A DNA stretch of 64,000 nucleotides, from the IMG/VR virus record IMGVR_UViG_3300050343_000214, positions 1 through 64,000 of that record. One strand, written 5' to 3'. Below, piece by piece: positions 1-10,900 of this stretch (position 1 is its first letter; each line of letters opens with the position of its first letter). A program made the position numbers and the translations under genes. This DNA is from a virus. The notes under the pieces are model-generated. The model was not told where the DNA came from. It searched no databases and was given only the letters and a program-made list of their open reading frames with translations.

Positions 1-975
1 TTTCTATGGAATGTCTATTCGCTGGATTTGACTATGCTTTATTAGATGGAAAAGGAAATGCAAAACTTCTTGAACGAAATGAGGGTTCTGCGTTTCTAAC
101 AAAGCATTTACGCGCCTACGGTGGTGATGGAGAATACGAAGGCTATAAAATAGGTAGATCATTGAGAGAGATATCCTTCTCTGGAAAAGGTTTGGTTTCC
201 AAGCCTGCTAATCCAAGAAGTGTCATTCTTGATGCTAGCAAAGCTTTCTGCGTAAGCTCTAAATCAAATAATTCTATTTTACTTTCACAAGGAGAAAAGA
301 ACATGTCAGACACTAATCTTTTAGAGAAGCAGCTTGCCGATCTTACTAGTGAGCTAGCATCTGTTAAAGAAGAAAATGATACTCTTCGTACCAAAGCTGC
401 TGAAGCCTCCACTAAGGAGTTCGATGAAGCTGTGGCAAAGCTCGAAACAACAATTGCTGAAAAAGAAGAAGCCATTGCAGCTTTGGAAATTTCTGTAACT
501 GAAAAAGAAGCTGCATATACTGAGCTTCATGAATCTTTGGAAGCTAAAGATAAAGATTTCAAAGAAAAAATGGAAGAACTTCAAAAGATGAAGAAGGAAA
601 AGAAAGCTGAAGCTCGTATGGCTGCACTTCTTGACCTTGGTTTGGAAGCTGAAGAAGCTGAAGAATCCCTCGCTTCTTACGAAACTTTTGATGACGCGAC
701 TTTTGACACCATTCTTACCGCCATGAAAAAGATGGTTAATAAGAAGATGGAAGATTAAGGCAGTCAAAAAAGAAGAAGAAGAAGAAGTTAAGGCTGAAGA
801 AGTAGCAGAAGAAACAGAGGCTGAAGAAGTCGCTGAAGAAGCTGCTGAAGCTGCACTTGAAGGTGTAGAAACTACAGAAGCTACCTTGGTAGATTCTTCT
901 AACGACGACAAAGAAATTGAAGCCACACGCGCAAGTGTCGCTGCTTGGCTCGAAAACAACGTACTTAGCAAATAA
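1..975 (+). CDS. Prohead protease/scaffold protein, C-terminal part (5'-truncated; one extra base near 756)
   Basis: The ORF 6..758 frame is open from the window edge. Removing one T in GAAGATTAAGGCA restores ...EDKAVKKEEEEEVKAEE...ATRASVAAWLENNVLSK* (TAA 973-975). Acidic coiled coil directly upstream of the decoration and capsid genes. Confidence 0.75.
303..975 (+). CDS. Nested in-frame scaffolding protein (internal start MSDTNLLEKQ)
   Basis: Strong SD AAGGAG at 289-294 after an AT-rich stretch, ATG at 303 exactly where the coiled coil begins. Same arrangement as lambda C/Nu3. Confidence 0.6.
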
Positions 976-993
976 TTAAAGGAGAAAATAATT

Positions 994-1461
994 ATGGCTC
1001 TAAAATCAGATAGATATGAACTCCAGACTGACATTAGTTTTTTCTGCAACACGGCGCTTGATCGCGGCTTGGTTGTAGTATATAATACAGGTGCAGGCAC
1101 TGGTGCCGCTATGGATCAGGGTGCAGCTGTTGTTGTAGCTGAAGATGGCGATGCAGATAGTGTTCCAGCTGGTTTCCTTCTCAACGACGTTGTTGACAAG
1201 GATCTCACAAGAACTCACCTCAACCAACATAAGGATGAGGTACAAAAAGGCGGTAAGGTTACAGTCCTTCGTAAGGGATATGTAGTGACTGACGCCATTG
1301 AATCCGGCGTCGATCCAGTTGTTGGCAGTCCTGCATACCTGTCGGCTTCTGAAGCTGGCAAGCTTGCAATTACTGGAGCAAGTGAAAATCTTTTGGTTGG
1401 TAGATTTCTTTCAGCAAAAGATGCTGATAACTACGCCAAAGTCGAAGTAAACCTTCCCTGA
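994..1461 (+). CDS. Head decoration/cement protein (155 aa)
   Basis: SD AAGGAG. Lies between scaffold and capsid genes. Small beta-rich protein with decoration-like pattern (GGKVTVLRKGYVVTD...GSPAYLS...GKL...VGRFLS). Confidence 0.7.
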   Translation: MALKSDRYELQTDISFFCNTALDRGLVVVYNTGAGTGAAMDQGAAVVVAEDGDADSVPAGFLLNDVVDKDLTRTHLNQHKDEVQKGGKVTVLRKGYVVTDAIESGVDPVVGSPAYLSASEAGKLAITGASENLLVGRFLSAKDADNYAKVEVNLP

Positions 1462-1492
1462 TCAATATAATATAACTAAGGAGAAATTTAAT

Positions 1493-2506
1493 ATGCCTAT
1501 TACAGAAAGACCTAGTGATGAATTTCTTAGTCTCCTGAAGCAATCAGGGGATTCAGACATCAATAAAGCATCAGCAGCGCAGCGTGAGTTCGCTAAAGCT
1601 CTTGAGCTTCCACTCCGAAAGGGTGTACTTGTTGGTAACATCCTCGGAAACATCTTTGAAACCATCAACGTAGAAGCTGGTTCAACAACTGAGTTTCCTC
1701 TTGATCTTATCAGCCCCGGACTTGAAGGCGAACATGTCGCTTATACCAATCCCGGTCATGGTAGAATTCCAGAGCGTTCGGTTGAAGGTGACTACGTAAT
1801 GATTCCAACGTACAGCATTGCATCATCGGTTGATTACCTCCTCCGATACGCAAGAGAAGCACGTTGGGACATTGTTGGTCGCGCCATGCAAGTCATGGAA
1901 GCCGGTTTTGTTAAGAAGATGAATGATGATGGATGGCACACCATTCTCGCAGCTGGAGTTGACCGAAACGTTCTTGTTTATGACGGTGACGCAGTTGCTG
2001 GTATGTTTTCCAAGAGACTCGTTTCTCTTATGCAAACGGTTATGCGCCGTAACAGTGGTGGCAATAGCGCCTCTGTTGGTCGTGGTCGTCTGACCGATCT
2101 TTATGTTTCACCAGAAGCACTTGAAGACGTTCGCAACTGGGGTCTGGATCAAGTTGACGAGGTAACTCGCCGCGAAATCTATTCCGCTCCAGAAGGTGGC
2201 GCTCCTATCACGCGCATCTTTGGTGTAAACCTTCATGATCTTGACGAGCTTGGCGTTGGTCAAGAGTACACTACGTTCTTCGACAGTGCTTCTGCACTTA
2301 ATGGAGAATTGGAGTCCAGCGACACTGAGCTTGTTGTTGGTCTTGATCAGTCGTCTAACGACAGCTTTGTAATGCCTGTTAAGGAGCAGTTGCAAGTCTT
2401 TGAAGACCCAACTCTTCATCGTCAGCAAAGAGCTGGCTATTATGGTTTCGCAGAGCTTGGCTTTGGCGTTTTGGACAATAGAAGAGTCATTCTTGGCTCA
2501 TTCTAA
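1493..2506 (+). CDS. Major capsid protein (HK97 fold, 337 aa)
   Basis: SD AAGGAG, typical size, synteny after scaffold and decoration genes, followed by a terminator. C-terminal GYYGFAELGFGVLDNRRV is typical of HK97-type capsid P-domain ends. Confidence 0.85.
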   Translation: MPITERPSDEFLSLLKQSGDSDINKASAAQREFAKALELPLRKGVLVGNILGNIFETINVEAGSTTEFPLDLISPGLEGEHVAYTNPGHGRIPERSVEGDYVMIPTYSIASSVDYLLRYAREARWDIVGRAMQVMEAGFVKKMNDDGWHTILAAGVDRNVLVYDGDAVAGMFSKRLVSLMQTVMRRNSGGNSASVGRGRLTDLYVSPEALEDVRNWGLDQVDEVTRREIYSAPEGGAPITRIFGVNLHDLDELGVGQEYTTFFDSASALNGELESSDTELVVGLDQSSNDSFVMPVKEQLQVFEDPTLHRQQRAGYYGFAELGFGVLDNRRVILGSF

Positions 2507-2531
2507 GGCTGAAACAGCGACCATCAAAGAA

Positions 2532-2567
2532 AAAGCCACCTTCAAACTTGGGGGTGGCTTTATTTTT
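2532..2567 (+). terminator. Rho-independent terminator after the capsid gene
   Basis: Stem AAAGCCACCTTCA / TGGGGGTGGCTTT (two G:U pairs) followed by ATTTTT. Confidence 0.85.
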
Positions 2568-2583
2568 GTGTATATATCGTTAG
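2568..2583 (+). promoter_or_regulatory. Putative late promoter GTGTATATATCGTTAG
   Basis: Recurrent GTGTA-W4-N4-T-R motif placed immediately after the terminator, upstream of 2620. Confidence 0.65.
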
Positions 2584-2619
2584 ATAACGTCCTATAGGAA
2601 AAGTAACGGAGAAACCCTT

Positions 2620-3303
2620 ATGGCTGCTTTGTCAGATTATCTAGAGTCTGGTGTACTCAATCACTTATTTAGAACAACACCTTTAAGCAAACCGTCTACC
2701 ATTGCCATCGCCTTGACTTCTGATGTAGCCAAAGATTCTGATGACGGCGCTTCAATTCCTGAAATCCCTACTCAGTCCAATACTGGTTCTACCGGCTATG
2801 ATCGCGTAGGCCTTGGCGACCCGTCTCAAAATGGTAATTCCAAGTGGAACAACACGGGAGTAGATGAATTGACTGCATTTGCTATACACAGCGAACAGGT
2901 TGATCATAGTGGATACTTCTACCCTTTATATCTTTCAGAGTCCTCTGCGGAAGCTGCTGACACAGCTAATGGTGCTAATCCAGCAGACGCTGAAGAGTAC
3001 ACGTTTGATCAGTTTGGCTCTACAATATTCTATGCGCCCAAGACTCTTGACGCTAGTGGAGTTGCAAGCAACCCCGGATATCTTCTTTATGAAGGCAATG
3101 GATTTATCAAAAATTCAGCACAAATTGTGTTTGACACAGCTTTAAGTGATTGGGGCTGGGTTTCTGGTATTGCTATTTTAGACAATGAGGTTCATGGGTC
3201 TGGCAATCTGTTAATGTACGCAGAGTTAAATAATCCTAGATATGTTTACACTGGAGATAGTATAAAATTTGATGTCAATGCATTAGAAATTAGTTTTAAT
3301 TAG
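2620..3303 (+). CDS. Conserved virion structural/fibre-associated protein with an ~80 aa insertion
   Basis: Recognisable phage family motifs LSDYLE..LNHL, GYDRV, I.F..A..DWG.V..IAI.D..GSGNLL.YA.L. Confidence 0.65.
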   Translation: MAALSDYLESGVLNHLFRTTPLSKPSTIAIALTSDVAKDSDDGASIPEIPTQSNTGSTGYDRVGLGDPSQNGNSKWNNTGVDELTAFAIHSEQVDHSGYFYPLYLSESSAEAADTANGANPADAEEYTFDQFGSTIFYAPKTLDASGVASNPGYLLYEGNGFIKNSAQIVFDTALSDWGWVSGIAILDNEVHGSGNLLMYAELNNPRYVYTGDSIKFDVNALEISFN

Positions 3304-3329
3304 CGTACTTCTCAGACAGGAACAGATTC

Positions 3330-6300
3330 ATGTTGTTAGGCAAAAACCAGCTAATAAACAATATCAAAAGTGAGCTTTCTGATAACGCCTCTCAAGCTAT
3401 TGAGCCTTATCATCTTAGGCATAATTTACTTGACATTATTGACTCTTTCCCTTCTGTTCTTCAAGACATTGATCTTGTTGGTAAAAACTACAGCACACCC
3501 GCAACTAGATCTACTATTGCTGGTCAGTTTGCTATAGAAAGAATAAATTTTAATAATTATCAAAGTGTAGATAATTCTGCATTTGGCTTTTCAGCACTCC
3601 GCACTAATTTTGAAGGTGAGAGGAACACAGCTGTAGGTTCTCAGTCGTTATATACAAATGTCTATGGTTCTGACAACAACGCTTTTGGTCATTATGGTTG
3701 CTACGGAAATACTACTGGTTCTAACAACTTAGGCGTTGGTAACTACTCCCTGCTATCAAACAGAACTGGTAGTAATAATATAGCTATAGGACATGGTGCT
3801 GGTTATTATGTCGGCGCTAGTGATAGTTATAAATTTTTCTTAGGATCTGCTGACGTAGACGAAGCAGCGATCTGTGCCGATCCAAGTGGCATAAATGTAA
3901 CGCCCCTGATGTACGGCGACTTACAAAGTAACAAACTTGTCATTAACTCTGACGAACTGGCAAACTCAGCCACGCTTCAAACTTCTGGAGACATTGCTCC
4001 CTCAGTCCACAACTCATTTGATTTAGGTTTGAGTAATTTCTATTGGTCTTCAGTTAGGGCTAATAATCTATATTTAAGCGAGACTCAAAAGTTTTCTTCT
4101 GGTACAGATGTCACATTTAACTTTGACTTGACTCCAGAGACTAATAACGCAGTAGATCTAGGGTCTACATCAAATAGGATTAAGAAAGTCTTTGCTTACG
4201 ACTTAGACGTAGTAAACAACGCAACTATTGGTAACGCTAGCTTCGTCCACAGCACACATTATTTAGATAAAACAATTCATTTAGGATCTCAAGCATTCAA
4301 CGTATCTCTAGACGGCGGCGGTCCAAATAGTCTTTATGATTATATAGCTGATACCTCTCACATAGAAGTAACGCCTCATCTCAGCGACTCACAGCTTGTA
4401 GGCGCTGGCATGTTTATACACTCTAGCGATGACAGAGATTATACATTTACATTTCAGCCACACAATTTAAATACTAATAATTTCCTCTTCAACAATGATA
4501 TCTTAGGTAAATCTTACTGGGATAGCAATGTCAGCATAGAGTTAGGTTCAGAGTGTTATCTTAAATCTAATTATATTTTATCTTCTGGAGTACACAGCGT
4601 AAACATAGTCTCTGGCGATACGTGTCACGCGCTAGACATTTCTAATTCAGAATTTTATTTTGGTGACAGAACATTTAAGTCAGGTAATAATTTGGGTTTT
4701 GGTAATATAAATTTTGTAGCCCAAGAAAACACTAACGAATTCGTTTCTTCCCTTCTTTCTCCATCAAGCGGAGTTATATCACAAAGGTTTTTAAGTCAGA
4801 TATCTGGTTCTGACGACACCAACTTTAATAACCCCTACCTTGGCTTTGCTTTTAGTTATACAGATCATGGTAGTAGCACTGATACTAATTCTTTCTTGTC
4901 CATTCAGTCTCACAGCTTGCGCTCAGGTTCTCCATACAGAAAACCTTTAAATAAACTTCTATTGTCTAGAGACGATGATAATGCTCTATTAAAAATTACA
5001 AATGTAGACAGTGAAGATTTACCAGACGAGGCTTTACACGTAGAGACTACTGATAATACATATGTCAAAATCGAATCTTCCGGTGTGTCCAAAAGCGCTG
5101 GTGTTCTTTTGTCTAATATAGACACAAACGCAAAAGTACATTTATCTGAAGATTATGTAGATATAACATATAATGACTCCAGTATAATCAGATCTAAAAG
5201 TTCTTCGGTTGGGATACTGAATGAAACTAGCGGGTCTTACAATTTTTATCTTGCTGTAGGAGATGCTCTAAATACGGAAGCGTCAATTGGCTTACATCAT
5301 GCGAGTGGAGCGCCCGTTTCTGCTGAAGATTATGGATCTCTATTCGTAAAAGAAAGAGAAGGGGATGTCAATCAAAGTTCAGATTTAATGTTTATAGACA
5401 GCTCTGGCAACTTGTTTAATCTGGTTAGGAACAGTTCTAATCCAGACGATGGCTTAATATTCTCTTCCAACAAAAACACCAGCGGAGGCTCAGGTTCTTT
5501 TTCAAGCAAAGAATCTGCAACTGGTATTGAAAATACTGGATTTGGCGCTTCTTCACTTAAGTCAATTACTGAAGGTAGTCAAAATACTTTTTATGGTTCA
5601 TCTGCTGGAGAGTCAATAACTACTGGGTCAAACAATGTAGCAATTGGTAAGGACACGTTTAAAACGCCCACGACCCTTAGTCATAATATCTGTATTGGTC
5701 CAAATGTAGGAAACTCACTGGATTCTGATTACAACTTCGTTCTTGGTGTTAGCGACGACGCTCCATTGCTCAGGGGTAAAACTGGTCCTGCCCTGACTGA
5801 GACCTTCCTAGAGCTTCCTACTAACGGTCTGCTTAAAATACAAAATATCTCTGACACTCAGGCGCTAGAGTTAAATTCCAGCCAAATATTAGTTTCCGAC
5901 ACAGATGGCTCAGACCATACGGATACGCAGCTCAATTTCAAATTCAAAGGAAATCAAGAAAATACATTATTCACTCTAGATCACTCCCATGCTCCTCTAA
6001 ATATACCAGTTACTCATTATGACAACTCCAGCGGGCCATACGCAGAAGTTCGTGGACATTTAAAGGTCTTGGGATCTATAAAGTTTGCTGATGGAACCGT
6101 TATCGAAAGCGGGCCAAAGAGTAGCGATAAAACATTGTCTGAGCTGGATAGCGACCGTCAATCCCTAGAAACCCGCCTAGATAGCCTTGTAATAGAGGGA
6201 ACCGCTTCATCTGATATCCCTAAAGCTTCTAGCATAAACACCCCTCAGAATGGAACTCTCAACCTTGTGGGGGGAGGCACGGCTGGTATCAAACATAGAG

Positions 6301-6407
6301 ATGTTCACAATCCTATCAAGCAGGGTGATTATATTATAGCAATTAAAATAGGTAGTGAATACAGGCCAATTTCAGTTAGTAGCCAATTTAATATTATTCA
6401 GTGTTAA
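3330..6407 (+). CDS. Fibre/adhesin protein with YadA-head-like N-x-A-x-G repeats (1025 aa)
   Basis: Two clusters of 14-residue repeats (NSAFG, NTAVG, NNAFG, NLGVG, NIAIG; NTGFG, NTFYG, NVAIG, NICIG) and P..N.FDLG fibre motifs. N-terminus is shared with the 6992 protein. Confidence 0.7.
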   Translation: MLLGKNQLINNIKSELSDNASQAIEPYHLRHNLLDIIDSFPSVLQDIDLVGKNYSTPATRSTIAGQFAIERINFNNYQSVDNSAFGFSALRTNFEGERNTAVGSQSLYTNVYGSDNNAFGHYGCYGNTTGSNNLGVGNYSLLSNRTGSNNIAIGHGAGYYVGASDSYKFFLGSADVDEAAICADPSGINVTPLMYGDLQSNKLVINSDELANSATLQTSGDIAPSVHNSFDLGLSNFYWSSVRANNLYLSETQKFSSGTDVTFNFDLTPETNNAVDLGSTSNRIKKVFAYDLDVVNNATIGNASFVHSTHYLDKTIHLGSQAFNVSLDGGGPNSLYDYIADTSHIEVTPHLSDSQLVGAGMFIHSSDDRDYTFTFQPHNLNTNNFLFNNDILGKSYWDSNVSIELGSECYLKSNYILSSGVHSVNIVSGDTCHALDISNSEFYFGDRTFKSGNNLGFGNINFVAQENTNEFVSSLLSPSSGVISQRFLSQISGSDDTNFNNPYLGFAFSYTDHGSSTDTNSFLSIQSHSLRSGSPYRKPLNKLLLSRDDDNALLKITNVDSEDLPDEALHVETTDNTYVKIESSGVSKSAGVLLSNIDTNAKVHLSEDYVDITYNDSSIIRSKSSSVGILNETSGSYNFYLAVGDALNTEASIGLHHASGAPVSAEDYGSLFVKEREGDVNQSSDLMFIDSSGNLFNLVRNSSNPDDGLIFSSNKNTSGGSGSFSSKESATGIENTGFGASSLKSITEGSQNTFYGSSAGESITTGSNNVAIGKDTFKTPTTLSHNICIGPNVGNSLDSDYNFVLGVSDDAPLLRGKTGPALTETFLELPTNGLLKIQNISDTQALELNSSQILVSDTDGSDHTDTQLNFKFKGNQENTLFTLDHSHAPLNIPVTHYDNSSGPYAEVRGHLKVLGSIKFADGTVIESGPKSSDKTLSELDSDRQSLETRLDSLVIEGTASSDIPKASSINTPQNGTLNLVGGGTAGIKHRDVHNPIKQGDYIIAIKIGSEYRPISVSSQFNIIQC

Positions 6408-6423
6408 GTGTATAAACTAGTAT
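6408..6423 (+). promoter_or_regulatory. Putative late promoter GTGTATAAACTAGTAT
   Basis: Same motif, intergenic, upstream of 6454. Confidence 0.65.
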
Positions 6424-6453
6424 ATTACAGCATTTACAACGGAAAGGTCAGAC

Positions 6454-6978
6454 ATGTCTTGGCAGACAGATATAACAACTATAGTTCGTCATCTTCTGAA
6501 TGACCTAGACGCAACTTCTCCATCTTTCTCAGATGATAGAGTACAAAAGACCGTTTTGGTTGCTGCTCAATTGATTGTTTCTCAGGTAGACCTTTCGCAA
6601 GATTACACGATTGATATTTCTGGAACCTCTTTGAGTCCAGACCCAACTGCGTCTGCTACCTTAGATAATGATTTTATTACGCTGTTATCCCTAAAGACAT
6701 CCTGTATAATATTAGGTAGTGAGGTTAGATCTGAATCTGGAAACGCGATATCTATAAAAGATGGGCCTTCTTCTATAGATTTGCGTGGAGTTGCCTCAAC
6801 GTTAGTTGTCTTGTACAAAGACTTATGCTCTAAATATGAATCTGCGCTTTTAGATTATAGCGCTGGAAACAGTATTGCTGGGCAAGCTATACTTGGCCCA
6901 TACAGTCCCGGCAGTGACTTTGTGAGACGTACACATGGTGACAGTTACAATCACAGAGGAAATTATTTTAGACATTAA
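6454..6978 (+). CDS. Head-tail adaptor/connector protein
   Basis: 174 aa helical protein with VRHLLND...FSDDR and ISIKDGPSSIDL patterns typical of gp15/gp6-like adaptors. Position after the head genes. Confidence 0.65.
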   Translation: MSWQTDITTIVRHLLNDLDATSPSFSDDRVQKTVLVAAQLIVSQVDLSQDYTIDISGTSLSPDPTASATLDNDFITLLSLKTSCIILGSEVRSESGNAISIKDGPSSIDLRGVASTLVVLYKDLCSKYESALLDYSAGNSIAGQAILGPYSPGSDFVRRTHGDSYNHRGNYFRH

Positions 6979-6991
6979 AGGAGAATAGAAA

Positions 6992-7936
6992 ATGCCTGCA
7001 AGAAAATTGAGTGACCTTACAACACGAATAGACGATGATCTGGCTAACAATAATGCTGGGTTGATATCTGCTGAAGACGTTCGTGAAAACATTAAGGATG
7101 TTGCTTTATCTATCACGACCGTTGTAGGAAGTGGAGATTTTGAAACAGAAACACCATTCTTAAAAAATGTTAAAATACAAGCGGCTAATCCGCAAAGTAC
7201 TGATTCTGGATCTTTGATTGTAGAATCTGGAATTAGCTTCCCCAATAATGGTAATACTTTTCAGTACGTTGCCTATCCCGGCGCTGCTAATATCTCTCAT
7301 AACGCCTTAGCGGATCTTGATACGGGAGATGAACACACGCAGTACATACCAATTAATGGCAGTAGGCATTTAACTGCTAACCTTGCTACAGATGACAACT
7401 GGATTAATGCCAGTGGTAATGTAGACAGCTTGGGCAGTACGTATAATGATAGAGGCTTTAAGTTCGATTATGTTGATGCTAGCAATGAGACCATAAACGT
7501 TGGTTCTAAATCTACTGTAGAATTCAATGCTGATAGTTCAAAGATGGCAAATGCTAAAGGTGTAGCTAAGGCTTGGATATCTTTTGGTTGGAATAATTCT
7601 TCTAACGTAAACGAAGTTAATAACTCATTTAACATAGCATCTCTTGAACGTACTCATGTTGGTAGATACAAAGTTACTTTTACAGAAGCTTTTCCCGACA
7701 CTTTATATATAGCTATTGGTACTAGTAATGGTCGTACTGCTGGCGCCACTGCTACCAACTTTGAAAATAATACTGTTGGTATTGTGGAAAGAACTGCAAC
7801 TTATATGACTGTAGGCATTATAGCCGATGACGGTAATGCTTATGTTGATGCTGCCGTAGTAGACATCGTAGTGTATGGTACGGTCACTGGTGAAACCAAA
7901 GAAACTACACCAACCATTACAAACAGCGTAGTCTAA
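6992..7936 (+). CDS. Short fibre protein (314 aa)
   Basis: SD AAGGAG. N-terminal L..NN.G.IS..DVR module, His motif HNALADLDTGDEHTQY, and C-terminal AKAWISF...SFNIASL...GRYKVTF domain common in phage fibres. Confidence 0.65.
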   Translation: MPARKLSDLTTRIDDDLANNNAGLISAEDVRENIKDVALSITTVVGSGDFETETPFLKNVKIQAANPQSTDSGSLIVESGISFPNNGNTFQYVAYPGAANISHNALADLDTGDEHTQYIPINGSRHLTANLATDDNWINASGNVDSLGSTYNDRGFKFDYVDASNETINVGSKSTVEFNADSSKMANAKGVAKAWISFGWNNSSNVNEVNNSFNIASLERTHVGRYKVTFTEAFPDTLYIAIGTSNGRTAGATATNFENNTVGIVERTATYMTVGIIADDGNAYVDAAVVDIVVYGTVTGETKETTPTITNSVV

Positions 7937-7953
7937 TAAATTAAGAGGGAATC

Positions 7954-10900
7954 ATGTCAGATAACTTAATCATTATTGCAGATAGAGTCAAAGAGACTAG
8001 CCTAACAGTTGGTACTGGCGATCTTGCTCTAGGTGGAGTCGTTGGTGGCTTTAGTGCATTCAGCGATGTTTACGCTAGCGGAGATGCTCTGTTTTATGCC
8101 GTAACCGATGGAACCAATTATGAGGTTGGCTCTGGTATTTTTCACTATGATCAACCAACTAGTCTGAATTCTCTTCAAAGATTTCCCACTAGAAGTAGTT
8201 TAGCAAATAATGGCTTGGTAGATTTTCCACAAAGTACTAAAGAAGTTTATGTTACATATCCAGCAACCCACTCAGTATACATTGGGTCTGGTGTCGCTGA
8301 TCTTAATTTCCCTCAAGCCAGCGGTCTTGCTTTTTGGTCGTCTAGCAACATACTGAATTATGATAATGATATCGTGTGGGATTCTGACAATCATCGTTTA
8401 GGCATCTTGAGTCCCAATCCGTCTTATGGAATTGAAGTTGGTGGCAATGGATTTGAATCTTCTGTTCAAGCTTCAGGCTTCTACGTAGGTTCATCTGGAG
8501 TTGTTTTTCCTGCACAAAATAATGGTGACGCAACTTATGCTGGTGGAAACCAGCTGTTACACTTTGAGAAAAATCAAACTAATAGTGAAACTGGATCAGA
8601 CTTAGTAATTGAACTAAGTGGCGTTGTTGATCAAGTTATTCTACTCAAGCAACAAAATAAAGGCACTGTTTTTGCTGGACCCGCAAGTGGCTGTCCCGGT
8701 GATTGTGATCCGAACTACCCTGAATTCAGATATTTAACTCTAGAAGACATTCCAGATTTGAGTTCTGTATATTCCAGCTTTAGTGACCTACAAGCAGCTT
8801 CTGGTGCTGTCAATACAGACAGTATCGCGCGTTCCGGTAATCTACAATCTCAAATTGATGACAATCTGACTTCAGTTAATTCTGACGTTAGTACCGTATC
8901 TGGTGCTTTAACTGCCGATGTTAATGCTGTCAAAAATACATTTGACGTTGTAAAAAGTGGTGGTGAGTATGAATTTAGCAACGTTGGAACTTCTACCGAT
9001 TTAAACCCAAATATCTTCTTACAAAAGGGTTTAACCTACTACTTTAATATTGACTCCGCTGGAACTCCTTTCTATGTAAAGACAGCACCAGTTGTTAACA
9101 CAGATGACGTTTTTGATGATGGAGTTACAGGCAATGGTATAACTAGTGGGACTTTAACTTTTGTAGTTCCACAAGACGCCCCAGACATTTTATACTATAC
9201 TGCTTCTAATATTTCTACAGCTTCAGGCATTATATATACTGCTGACATTAATCTTACCTCAGAAAATCTCTACGACAATCTTACTTCTTCTGATTCTCAA
9301 GCCAGTGACAAGATTGCTATTTGGGATTCCAGTGCTAGTGAATACAAAAATATTTCTTTAGAGTCTCTCTTGTTTGCTCCTAGCGGCAATTCATACATTA
9401 AACGAGAAACCATAGCAAGTTCTAGCGCCGTTGGAGATTTGGGAGAAATAACGTTTGATGATACTTACGCATATTTCAAAACGAGTACTGAGTGGAAAAG
9501 GATTAAGATGCTTCCTTTTCAAACTACTACTACCACCACTACAACGAGTACAACCACAACTACAACGTATCCACCATCTTGTACTACTCTGGCTCCAGAC
9601 TGCGGCAATCAAACTTGGAGAACGATAACTGGAGTTGATGTGAATGGATGTCCAGAGTATAGTTCTTGCGCTACAACAACAACTACTACCGCAGCTCCCA
9701 CAACTACGACTACGACTACAACTACTACCTTATCTCCCTCAGACTATTCAAACTTTATATACACTTGGGGTTATAATGGTAATAATCAATTAGGATATAG
9801 AACTAGTGAATTATTCAGTCTATCTCCTACTAAATTGGATATAGGTAATGTTTCTGAGCTATCAGCTGGAGATTTTCATGTTCTTGCAATAGATATATAT
9901 GGTGATCTTTATTCTTGGGGATGGAATATAAATGGTCAAGTTGGTGATGGCACTAAGGTTGACGCTCCAGTTCCCGTTGAGATAGGTTCTGGCAAAGATT
10001 GGAGTTCAGTTGCTGCTGGAGATCATCACAGCGCAGCGATTGATTCAACTGGTGCGCTTTACACTTGGGGTGCTAACAATCTTGGTCAGCTTGGTAACGG
10101 CAATAGAGCCACAGTCTTGACGCCAACTAGAATTGCTGCAAATGTCACTTGGTCTAAAGTGTTCTGCGGCACTGCTCACACTTTAGCTATTAGTTCAATT
10201 GGAGAGCTATACGCTTGGGGATCTAACGAATACGGACAGGTAGGAAATGGAACTTTCACAGACGTTCTGACCCCAACCAAGGTTGGTGTTGAAAACAACT
10301 GGACAACTGTTTCTGCCTACATGCATACTCTAGCTTTAAACTCTGAAGGTCAATGTTTTGCTTGGGGTAGGAATGATGCTGGTCAACTAGGACTTCATCG
10401 CTTAGAAGGCACAAGCCCACTGTTTGAAAACCAAAATTCTCCACAGCAGATTTCTAAGAGAGACACTGGAGGCAACGTTATACTTAACGCTGGAACAGTC
10501 GATAACTGGAAAGCCGTTGCTGCTGGATATCAACACTCTTTAGCTATTAACAATGCTGGAGAACTTTATGTTTGCGGCAACAATGAATTCCGTCAAATAG
10601 GTAGAGCTGGAATCACTCAGACAATAGTGCCGGGAGTCGGAACAAATCCTGCAACTACCACAATAACACAAGAACCAGTTCATACATTCACGCGCCTTGG
10701 ACTAGAAAGAAACTGGAATAAGGTTGCCGCCGGAAACTTCCACAGTATTATAATTAGTGCTGCTGGAGACATGTATGCAATGGGACGAAATAATTATGGA
10801 CAGCTTGGAGATGGAACCACTGATAATAAAGATGTTTTGACTTTGATCTCTACTGATTTTGATTGGGACTTCCCACAAGCTGGTTATGACTTTACTACCG

